The notes beneath the pieces are model-generated. The model was not told where the DNA came from, searched no databases, and saw only the letters and a program-made list of their open reading frames with translations. Made by a program: the position numbers and the translations under genes. Shown here piece by piece: positions 43,651 to 53,735 of a stretch of 64,000 nucleotides of DNA. The DNA is from an uncultured Chloroflexia bacterium (GTDB lineage: Bacteria > Chloroflexota > Anaerolineae > Anaerolineales > UBA4823). The stretch's first letter is position 1, and every line of letters starts with the position of its first letter. The stretch covers positions 846,429 to 910,428 of the forward strand of contig CAWBUW010000007.1 of NCBI GenBank assembly GCA_963792075.1, given 5' to 3'.

Positions 43651-46276
43651 GGTGATAAGTAATGAATTTGCGCACCTCTAACCAGAATGTGCCGGTAAAG
43701 GTGGCGATGAGGATCATGCCCCACTGCGCCACCGTCAGCGTTGTGATTTTCATCAGGCTTTGGGCGCTCGGGATGAGCGAAATCAGGATAAGGAACACGG
43801 CCACCGCCCCACCCCAAATCAGCATCATCCGGTTGCTGCCCAGGCCGAGCTGGAAAATCGGCTGGCGTTCGGAGCGCATGTTGAATGCCAGGAGCACGTG
43901 GCCTACCAACCAGGCAAAGAAAGCCACCGTCTGCGAGACCATTCGGTCATGCGTGCCATACCAGGTGGACAGGTAGACCACCGAGACAGCCGCAAACAGA
44001 CCGGATGCAGAGAGGCCAATGCTGCCAACCATCGCTTTATCCATGAACCTGGACTTTGGGTTGCGCGGCTTCTGGTCGAGCAGGTCGGCTTCGGCGCCCT
44101 CTGCGACAAAGGAGGCTGCTGCCATCAAATCCATGAAAAGTTCCATCAAAATGATCTGCACCGGGGCAAAAGGCACCGGGATGAGCAGGATCGTAGGCAG
44201 GAAGGTGATCAGGACCAGCGCCAGCTTGCAAGTCAGGTAATAGCGCACCCCTTTCTTCAGGTTTTCATAGATCAAGCGGCCTTCTTCTACTGCATGGACA
44301 ATAGTCGTGAAGTTGTCGTCCGTTAACACCATCGCGCTTGCTTCACGCGCCACATCCGTGCCGGTCTCGCCCATCGCCACGCCGATATCCGCTGCCGATA
44401 GCGCCGGCGCGTCGTTGACGCCGTCTCCCGTGACGGCTACACGCTCCCCCAACCCCTGCAGCGCCTGGACGATGCGCAGCTTGTGTTCAGGCGTGGTGCG
44501 CGCAAAGATCGAGGTGCGCTGGACGACATCTTTCAGCTCGTCATCGGAAAGTTGGTCCAGCTCCGGCCCGGTGACGACGTCTTGGCTGCCGTCGAGACCA
44601 ACCTGCTGGCCGATCGCCCTGGCTGTGAGCGGGTGGTCGCCGGTGATCATGATCGTGCGCACTCCGGCGCGCTGGCAGGTGGCAATGGCTGCGCGGGCTT
44701 CCGGGCGCGGGGGATCTTGCAGCCCGACCAGGCCCACGAAAGTCAGTTCGCTTTCAACCTTTTCCTGGTCGAAATTTTTATTGGGTAAGGCGCGTTCCGC
44801 CAAAGCCAGTACCCGCAGTCCATTGGCTGCCAGTTGGGTCACTTGCTCCAGGACTGCCTGTCGCAACGCGCCGGTCAGCGCTTCGATCTTTTCACCCTTC
44901 ATCATTATTTGAGTGCATTGCGCGAGGACCGATTCGGGAGCGCCTTTCACCGCAGCCCACACCTGTCCATCTCTCAGGGAAACTGTCGACATACGCTTGC
45001 GCGTATTGTCAAACGTAAACTCATTCAAGATCGGCTGAGCAAGGCGCTCGGCTCTGACGTCCAGCCCGGCCTGCTGGGCTGCGCGCAGCAGCGCCGCGTC
45101 CACCGGGTCGCCGGCGAAATCCATGTCGTTCTGGACTGCGTCGTTGCAAAACATGCCGATCTCCAGCAGGCGGTTTTTCGATCCTTCCGGTTCGAAGCGG
45201 GCAGCCTCCATGCGGTTTTCGGTCAGCGTGCCGGTCTTATCCGTGGCAATCACCGTTACCGAGCCCAAAGTCTCAACTGCATTCAAGCGTCTGGCAATGG
45301 CGTGTTTCTTTGAAAGCCGGAACGCGCCCAGCGCCAGAACCATGGTAATGATGATCGGCATCTCTTCAGGTATGGTAGCGAAAGCCAGGGATAAACCGGT
45401 GAGCAGCATTTGTTTAACCGGCTGGTGTGCGAAGAAAATCCCCACCAACGGAACCAGCACACTGAAACCCAGGGCAAACCAGACCAGGGCTTTGCTCAGC
45501 TCATCCATCAATAACTGGAGCGGCGTACGCGGTTCCTTGACCTGGCGCGCCATCCCGGCAATGCGTCCAATTTCCGTGTCCATTCCGGTCGCCACCACCA
45601 GCACCGTGCCTTTGCCACGGGTGACCAGTGTAGAGGCATATACCATATTCTGGCGTTCGGCCAGTGGAGTAACCGGGTTCACACTGGCAACCGCCGCTTT
45701 TTCAACCGGCAGTGATTCGCCGGTCAGCGAAGATTCGTCCACCGACAGCCCAAACCCTTCCACCAGGCGCGCATCCGCCGGCACGCGGTGTCCGTCCTGG
45801 AGCAGGACCAGGTCGCCGGGGACGACCTGCTCTACCGGAATCTCTTCAAAACGCCCACCCCGCCGTACGGAGGTCGTCGGTTCTGCCAATTTCCGCAAGC
45901 CGGCGATGGCTTTTTTCGAACGCTGTTCGTTGACGACTTCAACGGTGTTCAAGGTCAGGATGATCACAAAGATGGTAATCGCGTCAGCGCGCTCACCCCA
46001 AACAGCATACAATACACCGGTCACCAGCAGCATGAGCACCATCGGCTCGCGCAATTCCTCGAAAAATTCCTCCCAAAACGGCTCTTTTTCCTCTTCCAGC
46101 AGCCGGTTTGGGCCATAATCTTTCAGCCGCCTGGAGGCTTCGCCGGAAGCCAACCCGTCCGTCAAATCGGCGCGAAGAGATTCTGCCGCTTTTTCGGCTG
46201 TAAGAGTGTGCCAGGCATCTCCATCAGGTTGCGGAGAAGTAGGGGCTGGTGAGACAAGGGCCTTATTCGAGGTCAC
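43643..46276 (-). CDS. P-type cation-transporting ATPase (P2-type, Ca2+/Mg2+-like)
   Basis: 877 aa with DKTGTLT, TGDGVNDAPAL and ten-TM architecture. It has a GTG start. Confidence 0.9.
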   Translation of the reverse strand: MTSNKALVSPAPTSPQPDGDAWHTLTAEKAAESLRADLTDGLASGEASRRLKDYGPNRLLEEEKEPFWEEFFEELREPMVLMLLVTGVLYAVWGERADAITIFVIILTLNTVEVVNEQRSKKAIAGLRKLAEPTTSVRRGGRFEEIPVEQVVPGDLVLLQDGHRVPADARLVEGFGLSVDESSLTGESLPVEKAAVASVNPVTPLAERQNMVYASTLVTRGKGTVLVVATGMDTEIGRIAGMARQVKEPRTPLQLLMDELSKALVWFALGFSVLVPLVGIFFAHQPVKQMLLTGLSLAFATIPEEMPIIITMVLALGAFRLSKKHAIARRLNAVETLGSVTVIATDKTGTLTENRMEAARFEPEGSKNRLLEIGMFCNDAVQNDMDFAGDPVDAALLRAAQQAGLDVRAERLAQPILNEFTFDNTRKRMSTVSLRDGQVWAAVKGAPESVLAQCTQIMMKGEKIEALTGALRQAVLEQVTQLAANGLRVLALAERALPNKNFDQEKVESELTFVGLVGLQDPPRPEARAAIATCQRAGVRTIMITGDHPLTARAIGQQVGLDGSQDVVTGPELDQLSDDELKDVVQRTSIFARTTPEHKLRIVQALQGLGERVAVTGDGVNDAPALSAADIGVAMGETGTDVAREASAMVLTDDNFTTIVHAVEEGRLIYENLKKGVRYYLTCKLALVLITFLPTILLIPVPFAPVQIILMELFMDLMAAASFVAEGAEADLLDQKPRNPKSRFMDKAMVGSIGLSASGLFAAVSVVYLSTWYGTHDRMVSQTVAFFAWLVGHVLLAFNMRSERQPIFQLGLGSNRMMLIWGGAVAVFLILISLIPSAQSLMKITTLTVAQWGMILIATFTGTFWLEVRKFITYHQK

Positions 46277-46552
46277 GGCAATCTTGAAATGCAGCGGCAG
46301 CCTCCCGGGATTGCACAGTTTTGAAGAAATCGCGCTTTTGGATGTTCGTAATCCACTTTCTCAGGCGCTGAAAGCTTTGTTCGTTTTCTTCCAGCTCGGC
46401 GAAGGTGAATTTATGTGCTCTTGTTTCCTTATAACATATGTTGTATTTATTTGCAACAACTGTTACATCTATAAATTGGGGGCAATGAGTGTGGCTTCGC
46501 TCCTACCGATCCATGCGAAGTGACGTATAATCTTTTCAAATAAGGAGACAAA

Positions 46553-47740
46553 ATGACCATCAAGAAGCAAGAATACGTCGAACGAATGAAGCGGTTGCAG
46601 GCCAGCGTGTCCGGCAGCGGGCTGGATGCGTTTTTGGTCACCGCCCAAGACAGCATTTATTACCTGACCGGGGTTACCTATTCGCCCATGGAACGCCCTT
46701 TCTTTATCCTCGTGCCTCCCGCCGCAGCTCCAATTCTGTTAGCCCCTACGCTGGACCGCGACCATCTCGCCTCCGCGCCCAACGTGGGCGAAGTGCGCGC
46801 GTATTGGGATTACCCCTCTCCGCCCGGTGCGGGCTGGGGTGAGGGGCTGCTGGAATTGGTCCACGGGGTCAGCCGCCTGGGCGTCGAACCGACCCTGCCC
46901 CAGGAGATCGCCGGGGTGATCTCCGCCCTTCAGCCGCAAGTCCTGCCCCTGGTGGAGCGCCTGCGCCTGGTCAAATCGGCAGACGAAGTGGTCATGCTGC
47001 GCCAGGCCGCCCATTATGCCGACGTGAGCATGCAGAAAATCATCGCCGCAGCCTATCCCGGCGTTTCGGAGATCGAGATCTTTTCTCAGGGGCGCGCGGT
47101 CCAAATGCAGATCATCCAGGAGACTGAGTTCGACGCCCTGACCACCAACGTCTTGACCGCCGCCTGGCCGGCTCGCCTGGGCATGCAGCCTCACGGTGTG
47201 CCTGTCATCAGCGACCGTTTGCGCGAGGGACCCCATATCGGCCTGAGCCTGCTGCGAGTCAATGGTTATGCCGCTGAAAATGAACGCACCTTCTTTGTCA
47301 CTCCTCCCACACCCCGCATGGAAGAGATGTTTGCCCTCATGCTCGAGGCGCGCCGGCGCGCCTTTGCCCTGGTCCGTCCCGGAGTGCCCTGCGCCGAAAT
47401 AGACCTTTGCGCCAATGGCTTTTTGCGCCAGGAGGGGTTTGGGGAGAACCTCTTGCACCGCACCGGGCATGGCTTTGGCCTGGGCAATCACGAAAGCCCC
47501 TGGGTCGCCGAGGGCAGCCAGGAGGTCCTGGCAGAAAACATGCTCATCAGCATCGAGCCGGGGGTTTATGTGCCCGGCCTGGGCGGTTTCCGCCATTCGG
47601 ATACGGTCTTAGTCACTTCTGATGGCTACGAATGCCTGACGCATTACCCCACCAGCCTGGAGGCGCTCACGCTCAAAGGGAATAACCTGTTTACCAAGCT
47701 GCGCGGAGCGCTGGTGCGCAGAGCGGTGGGCGTAAAGTAA
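46553..47740 (+). CDS. M24-family Xaa-Pro aminopeptidase/dipeptidase
   Basis: AAGGAG RBS, a creatinase-like N-domain and the metal-ligand motif HRTGHGFGLGNHE. Confidence 0.85.
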   Translation: MTIKKQEYVERMKRLQASVSGSGLDAFLVTAQDSIYYLTGVTYSPMERPFFILVPPAAAPILLAPTLDRDHLASAPNVGEVRAYWDYPSPPGAGWGEGLLELVHGVSRLGVEPTLPQEIAGVISALQPQVLPLVERLRLVKSADEVVMLRQAAHYADVSMQKIIAAAYPGVSEIEIFSQGRAVQMQIIQETEFDALTTNVLTAAWPARLGMQPHGVPVISDRLREGPHIGLSLLRVNGYAAENERTFFVTPPTPRMEEMFALMLEARRRAFALVRPGVPCAEIDLCANGFLRQEGFGENLLHRTGHGFGLGNHESPWVAEGSQEVLAENMLISIEPGVYVPGLGGFRHSDTVLVTSDGYECLTHYPTSLEALTLKGNNLFTKLRGALVRRAVGVK

Positions 47741-47800
47741 TCAACTCAAGCGGCTGCCCAGGGTTCACGATTTCTTCCCTGGCGCAGCCTCATTCTAGCC

Positions 47801-48193
47801 TCATTCTCCCTCAGTGACAGCTTCGACTGCCTTCTGGACTTCGGCCATCAGACGGGCCGGGTCGAGAAAAAGGTCGGCGCGCTCGTTCAGTTGGTGCATC
47901 CAAAAATCCGGAAGGGGCATCCCTTCACCTTTCCACTTTGCTCCAGGTGAATAGAGCAGATAAATATCCCAGGCGACCGGAGCAGCCAGCTTCAGGTTTT
48001 GCGAGACCAGGCTCCCCAAAACCCGCTCGCCATCCCAATATTGGGAGACCCTTTCGTCTTGAAACAGCGCTTCTTGCTCGAGCGCTGCTTTCAGGTTATC
48101 GTCCGCCATCATCGGGATCCAGGCCAGGTGTCCTCGCAGTCGAGGAGTTTCCAACTTTTGGAAGATATCTTGCACGACACGCGCGCCATACAC
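47801..48193 (-). CDS. hypothetical protein
   Basis: 130-aa ORF. No family recognised and the start is uncertain. Confidence 0.35.
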   Translation of the reverse strand: MYGARVVQDIFQKLETPRLRGHLAWIPMMADDNLKAALEQEALFQDERVSQYWDGERVLGSLVSQNLKLAAPVAWDIYLLYSPGAKWKGEGMPLPDFWMHQLNERADLFLDPARLMAEVQKAVEAVTEGE

Positions 48194-48357
48194 GCAGAAC
48201 GCTCAGGTAGGTGATAACAGTGCCACCAGTTGGACCGCCTGCCGGTTTGCCGAGAAATTTGTTTCGAAATCAGAGAGGTTTAGCTCTTGCATGGCTTTAT
48301 TCCGGATTGATTCTATACCTTCCGGCTGCAGGAATGTCAAGAGTGAACGCATTTTTC

Positions 48358-48386
48358 TTGACAGGCATCCTCGATTGGGATACGAT
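48358..48386 (+). promoter_or_regulatory. sigma70-like promoter (TTGACA-17 nt-TACGAT)
   Basis: ttgaca at 48358-48363, a 17-nt spacer and tacgat at 48381-48386, ~45 nt upstream of the decarboxylase start. Confidence 0.4.
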
Positions 48387-48433
48387 GGGATACTTCTTAT
48401 CCAATTTGACCTTTGCAGGTGGAGAGTTATCCC

Positions 48434-49900
48434 ATGTCAGAATCGCAATTCCCCATTGAAGAAACCCTGGACCCTCAAGATTGGACGGCATTCCGCCAAC
48501 TGGCGCACCGCATGCTGGACGATATGCTCGATTACCAGCAAAATGTCCGCCAGCGCCCGGTGTGGCAGCCGGTGCCGGCCAAGGTGAAGGCCTTTTTGAA
48601 ACAGCCGCTGCCGCAGGACCCGCAGTCACACGAAGGGGTCTACCAGGATTTTGTGCAGAATGTGCTGCCCTATCCCATGGGTAATATCCATCCCCGTTTT
48701 TGGGGTTGGGTGATGGGCAACGGCACGCCCTTTGCGGCCATGGCTGAATTGTTGGCCGCGACGATGAACCCGAACATGGGCGGCGGCGAGCATGCCCCCA
48801 ATTACGTCGAGGCGCAGGTAATCGATTGGCTTAAGGAGATGTTCGGCTACCCGGCGGCTGCCAGCGGACTGCTGGTAAGCGGGGCCTCCATGGCCAACCT
48901 GGTCGGGCTGACCGTGGCGCGCAATACCCTGGCCGGGTATGATATCCGCGCCCAGGGGCTGCGCGCCGGTCCTCGCCAGATGGTGCTGTATGCTTCGTCT
49001 GAGGTACACTCCTGCGTGCACAAGGCGGTGGAGCTGCTCGGGCTGGGGCGAGATGCCCTGCGCCTGATCCCGGTCAACGAAGCCTACGAGATGGATTTGT
49101 CGGCCCTGGAGCAGGCCATCGCCGCAGACCGGGCTGCCGGCTTGCAGCCTTTCTGCGTGGTAGGTACCTCTGGGACGGTCAATACCGGCGCTATCGACGA
49201 TCTGCAAGGCATCGCCGATATCTGCCAGCGGGAAGGGCTGTGGTTCCACGTAGATGGAGCGATTGGCGCCGTGGCGATCCTCTCGCCCGAGGTGCGGACC
49301 AGTGTCGCCGGGCTGCAGCGCAGCGATTCACTCGCCCTGGACCTGCACAAATGGATGTATATGCCCTTCGAGGCGGGCTGTGCGCTGGTGCGCAGCGAGC
49401 CCGACCATCGCCGCGCCTTCTCGCTGACGCCTGAATACCTGGCGCATGCTGAGCGCGGCCTGGCTGCCGGCTCGCTGTGGTTCACCGACTACGGCGTCCA
49501 GCTTTCGCGGGGTTTCCGGGCATTGAAAGTGTGGATGTCGCTTAAAGAACACGGCATCCAAAAGTTCCGCCGCATGGTGCAGCAAAACATTGCCCAGGCG
49601 CGATACCTGGCGCAGCTTGTGGACGCGCATCCGCTGCTGGAGCGCCTGGCCCCGGTTGAGCTCAATATCGTCTGCTTCCGCTACAACCCTGGCGGGTTGG
49701 ACGAAGAAGCGCTGAACCTCTTGAACCAGGAGCTGCTGATCCGCCTGCATGAAAGCGGCATCGCCGCCCCCACTTACACAACGCTGAAGGGCGCATACTG
49801 TCTGCGCGCCGCGATTACCAACCACCGCAGCCGGCGGGAAGATTTCGACATCCTGGTTGAGGCTGTCGCACGTTTTGGCGCTGAGGTGGGAGTGAAGTAA
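48434..49900 (+). CDS. group II pyridoxal-phosphate-dependent amino-acid decarboxylase
   Basis: ORF trimmed to MSESQFPIEE. PLP-lysine motif LDLHKWMYMP. The length and sequence are typical of aromatic-amino-acid or glutamate-type decarboxylases. Confidence 0.8.
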   Translation: MSESQFPIEETLDPQDWTAFRQLAHRMLDDMLDYQQNVRQRPVWQPVPAKVKAFLKQPLPQDPQSHEGVYQDFVQNVLPYPMGNIHPRFWGWVMGNGTPFAAMAELLAATMNPNMGGGEHAPNYVEAQVIDWLKEMFGYPAAASGLLVSGASMANLVGLTVARNTLAGYDIRAQGLRAGPRQMVLYASSEVHSCVHKAVELLGLGRDALRLIPVNEAYEMDLSALEQAIAADRAAGLQPFCVVGTSGTVNTGAIDDLQGIADICQREGLWFHVDGAIGAVAILSPEVRTSVAGLQRSDSLALDLHKWMYMPFEAGCALVRSEPDHRRAFSLTPEYLAHAERGLAAGSLWFTDYGVQLSRGFRALKVWMSLKEHGIQKFRRMVQQNIAQARYLAQLVDAHPLLERLAPVELNIVCFRYNPGGLDEEALNLLNQELLIRLHESGIAAPTYTTLKGAYCLRAAITNHRSRREDFDILVEAVARFGAEVGVK

Positions 49901-49913
49901 TAAGTAGGTCAAA

Positions 49914-52900
49914 ATGGCATTGCAGGTCAAACCCCCTGTTAAATCGATATCCCAAGGCCAGGACCGGAAACGCACCATTGCCCTGTTGACCACCGGGGCA
50001 ATTGACCCTAACAATCGTGCAATTTGGGCCGGGGTGGATGAAGCCTCCAAGGATTTTGGGGTTAATCTCATTTGTTATCCGGGGCGGTTGGTGCAGTCGC
50101 CAGTCGGGTTCGAGGCTCAACGCAACATTATCTACCGCATGGTGGATGTGCAGACGGTGGATGGGCTGGTGGTGATGGGCGGCCTGAATGCCTGGATGGA
50201 CCTCGATAAAACCTACGCCTTCCTCCAGAAATTCCGCCCCAGGCCGATCGTGACGACCGGCATTGTGCTGGAAGGCATCCCCGGCGTGACGGTGGACAAT
50301 TACCACGGCATGTACGATGTGGTGACCCACCTGGTGAAAGTCCACCAGCGCCGCAAGGTAGCCTTTATTCGCGGGCAGGCCGGGCACCAGGAAGCCGATG
50401 ACCGCTACAAGGCCTACCGGGACGTCCTGGCGGAAAATAACATTCCTCTTGACCCGCAGTTGGTCTACCAGGGCGACTTCAAAGAAAGCGGCGGCATCCA
50501 GGGGGCGAAAACGCTGTTAGAGGAGCGCAAAGTACATTTCGATGCCCTGGTGGCAGCCAGCGACAATATGGCGATCGGCGCGCTGAAAACGCTCCAGGCG
50601 CTCGGGCTGCGCGTCCCGGCGGATGTGGCAATTGCCGGGGTGAATGGCGAGGAAGACGGGCTGGTGATTAGCCCGCCTTTGACCACCGCCCCGCTTCATT
50701 TTTACGAACAGGCTTACCAGGCCACCCTGATGGTGCTTTCGATGCTGGATGGCCAGGAAGTGCCGCCAAAAGTGGTTTTGCCCACCAGCATGGTGGTGCG
50801 GCAGTCCTGCGGCTGCCCCGACCCGCTTGTTTCGCATGCCCGGGCCATGCCCCACACCGAAAGACTGGATTCTTTCACTGAAGAAATCCGCCTGCTCGAC
50901 AGCCTGGTTTTTGGCGGCGCCGATTCTCAATTGCAGCTCCAGCCCGACGACCCGATGCAGCGCGGTTTCCCTCCGCTGCTCAAAGCTTTCTTGGATGAAA
51001 GCCGCGGTAAGTTGAATGGCGAATTCCTGCGGTTGTTTACCGAAACCATTCAGAAAACCGCCCGCACCAATGATGATTTCCCGCGTTGGCACGAAATCAT
51101 CTCCACTTTACGGCAATTCGCCGTTTCACAACTGACCGATACCACTTCCCGCCTACGGATTGAGAACCTGGTACAGCAGGCGCGCGTGGTGATCGGTGAA
51201 TCGTCCCGGCGGCATTATGCCTACCAGGTGCTCAAAGCGGACGAGAAACTGCACAACCTGGGGGAAATCAGCCAGAGCCTGAGCGTTGTCACCAGCCTGG
51301 CTGAACTGACCGACGTGTTGGAACGTTCGCTGGCACTGTTGGACATCCCCCGCTGTTACCTGTTCTTATATGAAAACCCGCTCGACCCCGAAGGGCTGGC
51401 GCGTTTTGTTTTCGCGTACGAAAACCATCGCCGCGTCCTTTTTGATCCGCATGGACAGGTTTTCCCGGCCCGCCAACTGCTGCCAGATAATTTACTCATC
51501 CCACTCCGCCAGCACAGCCTGGTAGTAGAACCGCTCTTCTTCCGTGAGGACCAACTGGGGTACGCCATCTTTGAGTCGGACCCACAAGAGGAGGCCATTT
51601 ACGAAATCCTGGGCGGGCAAATCAGCGCTTCGCTCAAACGCACCCTGCTGACCGAACGCAACATCCGCTTGTTCGATGAAGCGGTGGAAGCGCGTAAAGT
51701 TGCCGAACAGTCCAATTTGCTCAAAAGCCGCTTTCTTTCCATGGTCAGCCACGAGTTGCGCACCCCGCTGGCGCTGATCGTTGGCACCATCGAAATGATG
51801 CTCCAGGAGGAAAAAACCGGCAGTCATCCGCCGCTGCCAGGCTCCTACCGCAAGGACATGAACAGCATCCACACCAGCGCCCGGCACCTGTTTCGCCTGA
51901 TTGGTGATGTGCTTGATCTGGCCAGCAACCAGGCCGGGGAATTGAAGCTGGTCGCCGAGCCTTTGGACATGACCGCCCTGTTTGCCGAAGTGGCCGCGTT
52001 GGGCCAGGCGATGACCCGTGAAAAAGGGCTGGAATGGCGTGAGCGGATTCCGCCCAGCCTTCCGCCGGTGCTGGGCGACCGCACCCGCCTGCGCCAGGTG
52101 GTCCTCAACTTGCTCAATAATGCAGTCAAATTCACCGAACAAGGCTATGTCTCGCTAACCGTCCGCGCCGATGAAAAAATGGTGGAGGTGGAAGTTAGTG
52201 ACACGGGGATGGGCATCCCGGTCGAGGAGCAGGAGGTCATTTTCGACGAATTTCGCCGTTCCGAGCGCAGCGTGGCGCGCGGTTATGGCGGCATGGGACT
52301 GGGGTTGGCCATCACGCGGCGGTTGATCGAGCTGCACGGCGGACGAATTGGCGTCTGCTCCACCGGGCAGGAAGAAACCGGTTCGACCTTTTATTTTAAC
52401 CTGCCGGTCCTGGTCAACCCCACGCAGGATGTCGAAGTAAGTCACAGCCACCGAAATGCAGTTCTGCTCCTGAGCGAGGGGCAGGCAGAACAGTTGCAGC
52501 AGCATCTCCTGCGCAAAGGTTTCGAGGTGGAAGTGCTGGACTTTACGCAGCAGACCGACTGGATGAGACACGTCATCGCCCGGCCGCCCGGCGCGGTCGT
52601 ACTCGATTTCCAGCCCGCCACCGAGCGCGGTTGGGAGCTGGTGCAGTTGCTGAAACAAAACCCGGAAACCCGCGATGTGCCCGTGGTTTTCTACAACCTG
52701 TCCGCCGAGCTGGAGCAGGGCTCCATGCTCGAGCTGGACTACCTGTCCAAGCCAATTGCCAGCACAGACCTGTTCCTGGCTCTGGAAAGGTTGGGCCTGC
52801 AATGTGAAAATGACCGCAGGGCCATCCTGGTGGTAGATGACGATCCCAACGTGCTGGAAATGCACGTGCGGATGCTGGAAAGCCAGGTCAGTTGCCGCAT

Positions 52901-53537
52901 TCTCAAAGCGCGCCACGGGCGGCAAGCGCTGGAAATCATGCAGGCAGAAAACCCCGACCTGGTGTTGTTGGATTTGATGATGCCCGAAATGGATGGCTTC
53001 GAGGTGCTGCGGGTGATGCGCACGATGGAAGGCACCCGCAACATCCCTGTGATTGTGCTGACGGCGCAAATCCTGACCACGCACGACATGCTGAGATTGC
53101 AAGAGGGGGTGGCGGCGGTGCTGGGAAAAGGCCTGTTCAGCGTGGAAGAAGTGCTGGTACAAGTGGAAACTGCGCTGAGTCACAGCAAACGCCTGGGCAA
53201 CCTGGCGACGCGTACCGCCCGGCAGGCCATGGCTTATGTTCATGAGCATTACGATGAGCCGTTGTCCCGCGCAGACCTGGCGCGCCACGCTGCCATCACC
53301 GAACGCTACCTGACGCGCTGTTTCCGCGAGGAAATGGGCATCACGCCGATAACTTACCTGAACCGCTACCGGATTCAACGCGCCAAAACCTTGCTCAAGC
53401 AGGGTAAATTGAGCATCACCGAAATTGCCCTGGCAGTAGGTTTCTCAGATGCCAGTTACTTCAACCGTGTGTTCCGGCAGGAGGTCGGCCTGGCCCCCGG
53501 CGCATACCAGCGGGGTGAACAGCAGGATCGCGCCTAA
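49914..53537 (+). CDS. cytoplasmic hybrid one-polypeptide signalling protein: LacI-type periplasmic-binding-fold sugar sensor + histidine kinase + two receiver domains + AraC HTH
   Basis: 1207 aa. The N-terminal PBP1/LacI-like fold (VAFIRGQAGHQEADDRYKAY..., DNMAIGALKTL) has no TM helix. It is followed by H-box SHELRTPL, N and G boxes, an atypical REC, a canonical REC (LVVDDDPNVL...DLVLLDLMMPEMDG) and a C-terminal AraC-type HTH. Confidence 0.8.
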   Translation: MALQVKPPVKSISQGQDRKRTIALLTTGAIDPNNRAIWAGVDEASKDFGVNLICYPGRLVQSPVGFEAQRNIIYRMVDVQTVDGLVVMGGLNAWMDLDKTYAFLQKFRPRPIVTTGIVLEGIPGVTVDNYHGMYDVVTHLVKVHQRRKVAFIRGQAGHQEADDRYKAYRDVLAENNIPLDPQLVYQGDFKESGGIQGAKTLLEERKVHFDALVAASDNMAIGALKTLQALGLRVPADVAIAGVNGEEDGLVISPPLTTAPLHFYEQAYQATLMVLSMLDGQEVPPKVVLPTSMVVRQSCGCPDPLVSHARAMPHTERLDSFTEEIRLLDSLVFGGADSQLQLQPDDPMQRGFPPLLKAFLDESRGKLNGEFLRLFTETIQKTARTNDDFPRWHEIISTLRQFAVSQLTDTTSRLRIENLVQQARVVIGESSRRHYAYQVLKADEKLHNLGEISQSLSVVTSLAELTDVLERSLALLDIPRCYLFLYENPLDPEGLARFVFAYENHRRVLFDPHGQVFPARQLLPDNLLIPLRQHSLVVEPLFFREDQLGYAIFESDPQEEAIYEILGGQISASLKRTLLTERNIRLFDEAVEARKVAEQSNLLKSRFLSMVSHELRTPLALIVGTIEMMLQEEKTGSHPPLPGSYRKDMNSIHTSARHLFRLIGDVLDLASNQAGELKLVAEPLDMTALFAEVAALGQAMTREKGLEWRERIPPSLPPVLGDRTRLRQVVLNLLNNAVKFTEQGYVSLTVRADEKMVEVEVSDTGMGIPVEEQEVIFDEFRRSERSVARGYGGMGLGLAITRRLIELHGGRIGVCSTGQEETGSTFYFNLPVLVNPTQDVEVSHSHRNAVLLLSEGQAEQLQQHLLRKGFEVEVLDFTQQTDWMRHVIARPPGAVVLDFQPATERGWELVQLLKQNPETRDVPVVFYNLSAELEQGSMLELDYLSKPIASTDLFLALERLGLQCENDRRAILVVDDDPNVLEMHVRMLESQVSCRILKARHGRQALEIMQAENPDLVLLDLMMPEMDGFEVLRVMRTMEGTRNIPVIVLTAQILTTHDMLRLQEGVAAVLGKGLFSVEEVLVQVETALSHSKRLGNLATRTARQAMAYVHEHYDEPLSRADLARHAAITERYLTRCFREEMGITPITYLNRYRIQRAKTLLKQGKLSITEIALAVGFSDASYFNRVFRQEVGLAPGAYQRGEQQDRA

Positions 53538-53551
53538 CTTCTCAATAATTT

Positions 53552-53600
53552 GGTGTGGGGTGTTTTGTGCGTGCTTCGCACGCACAAAACACCCCACACC
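53552..53600. repeat. palindromic terminator-like element (family GTGGGGTRTTTTG...), copy 2
   Basis: ggtgtggggtgttttgtgcgtgc-ttc-gcacgcacaaaacaccccacacc. Confidence 0.7.
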
Positions 53601-53615
53601 CCTATTTCCACACTC

Positions 53616-53679
53616 TGTCCAATAATCCAAAAGCAAGTTCCAATTTTGCAAGACTTCTGCAGCGGTTTGTGACAAACTA
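53616..53679 (+). promoter_or_regulatory. conserved 64-nt upstream element, copy 1 (putative AraC-type operator/promoter)
   Basis: tgtccaataatccaaaagcaagttccaattttgcaagacttctgcagcggtttgtgacaaacta. It is near-identical to 55506-55569 and contains direct half-sites (G)TCCAAT(A/T)(A/T)T about 20 nt apart. Confidence 0.5.
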
Positions 53680-53735
53680 GGGATGCTTGGTCGCGCGCCG
53701 CGTGCGGGCTATTACTTATTCATTGCACACACATC

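Noticed and set aside
46277-46552. Metal-sensing riboswitch (M-box or yybP-ykoY) upstream of the P-type ATPase
   Set aside because: No conserved core motifs of either class were recognised in the minus-strand leader. The region only shows AT-rich promoter-like sequence.
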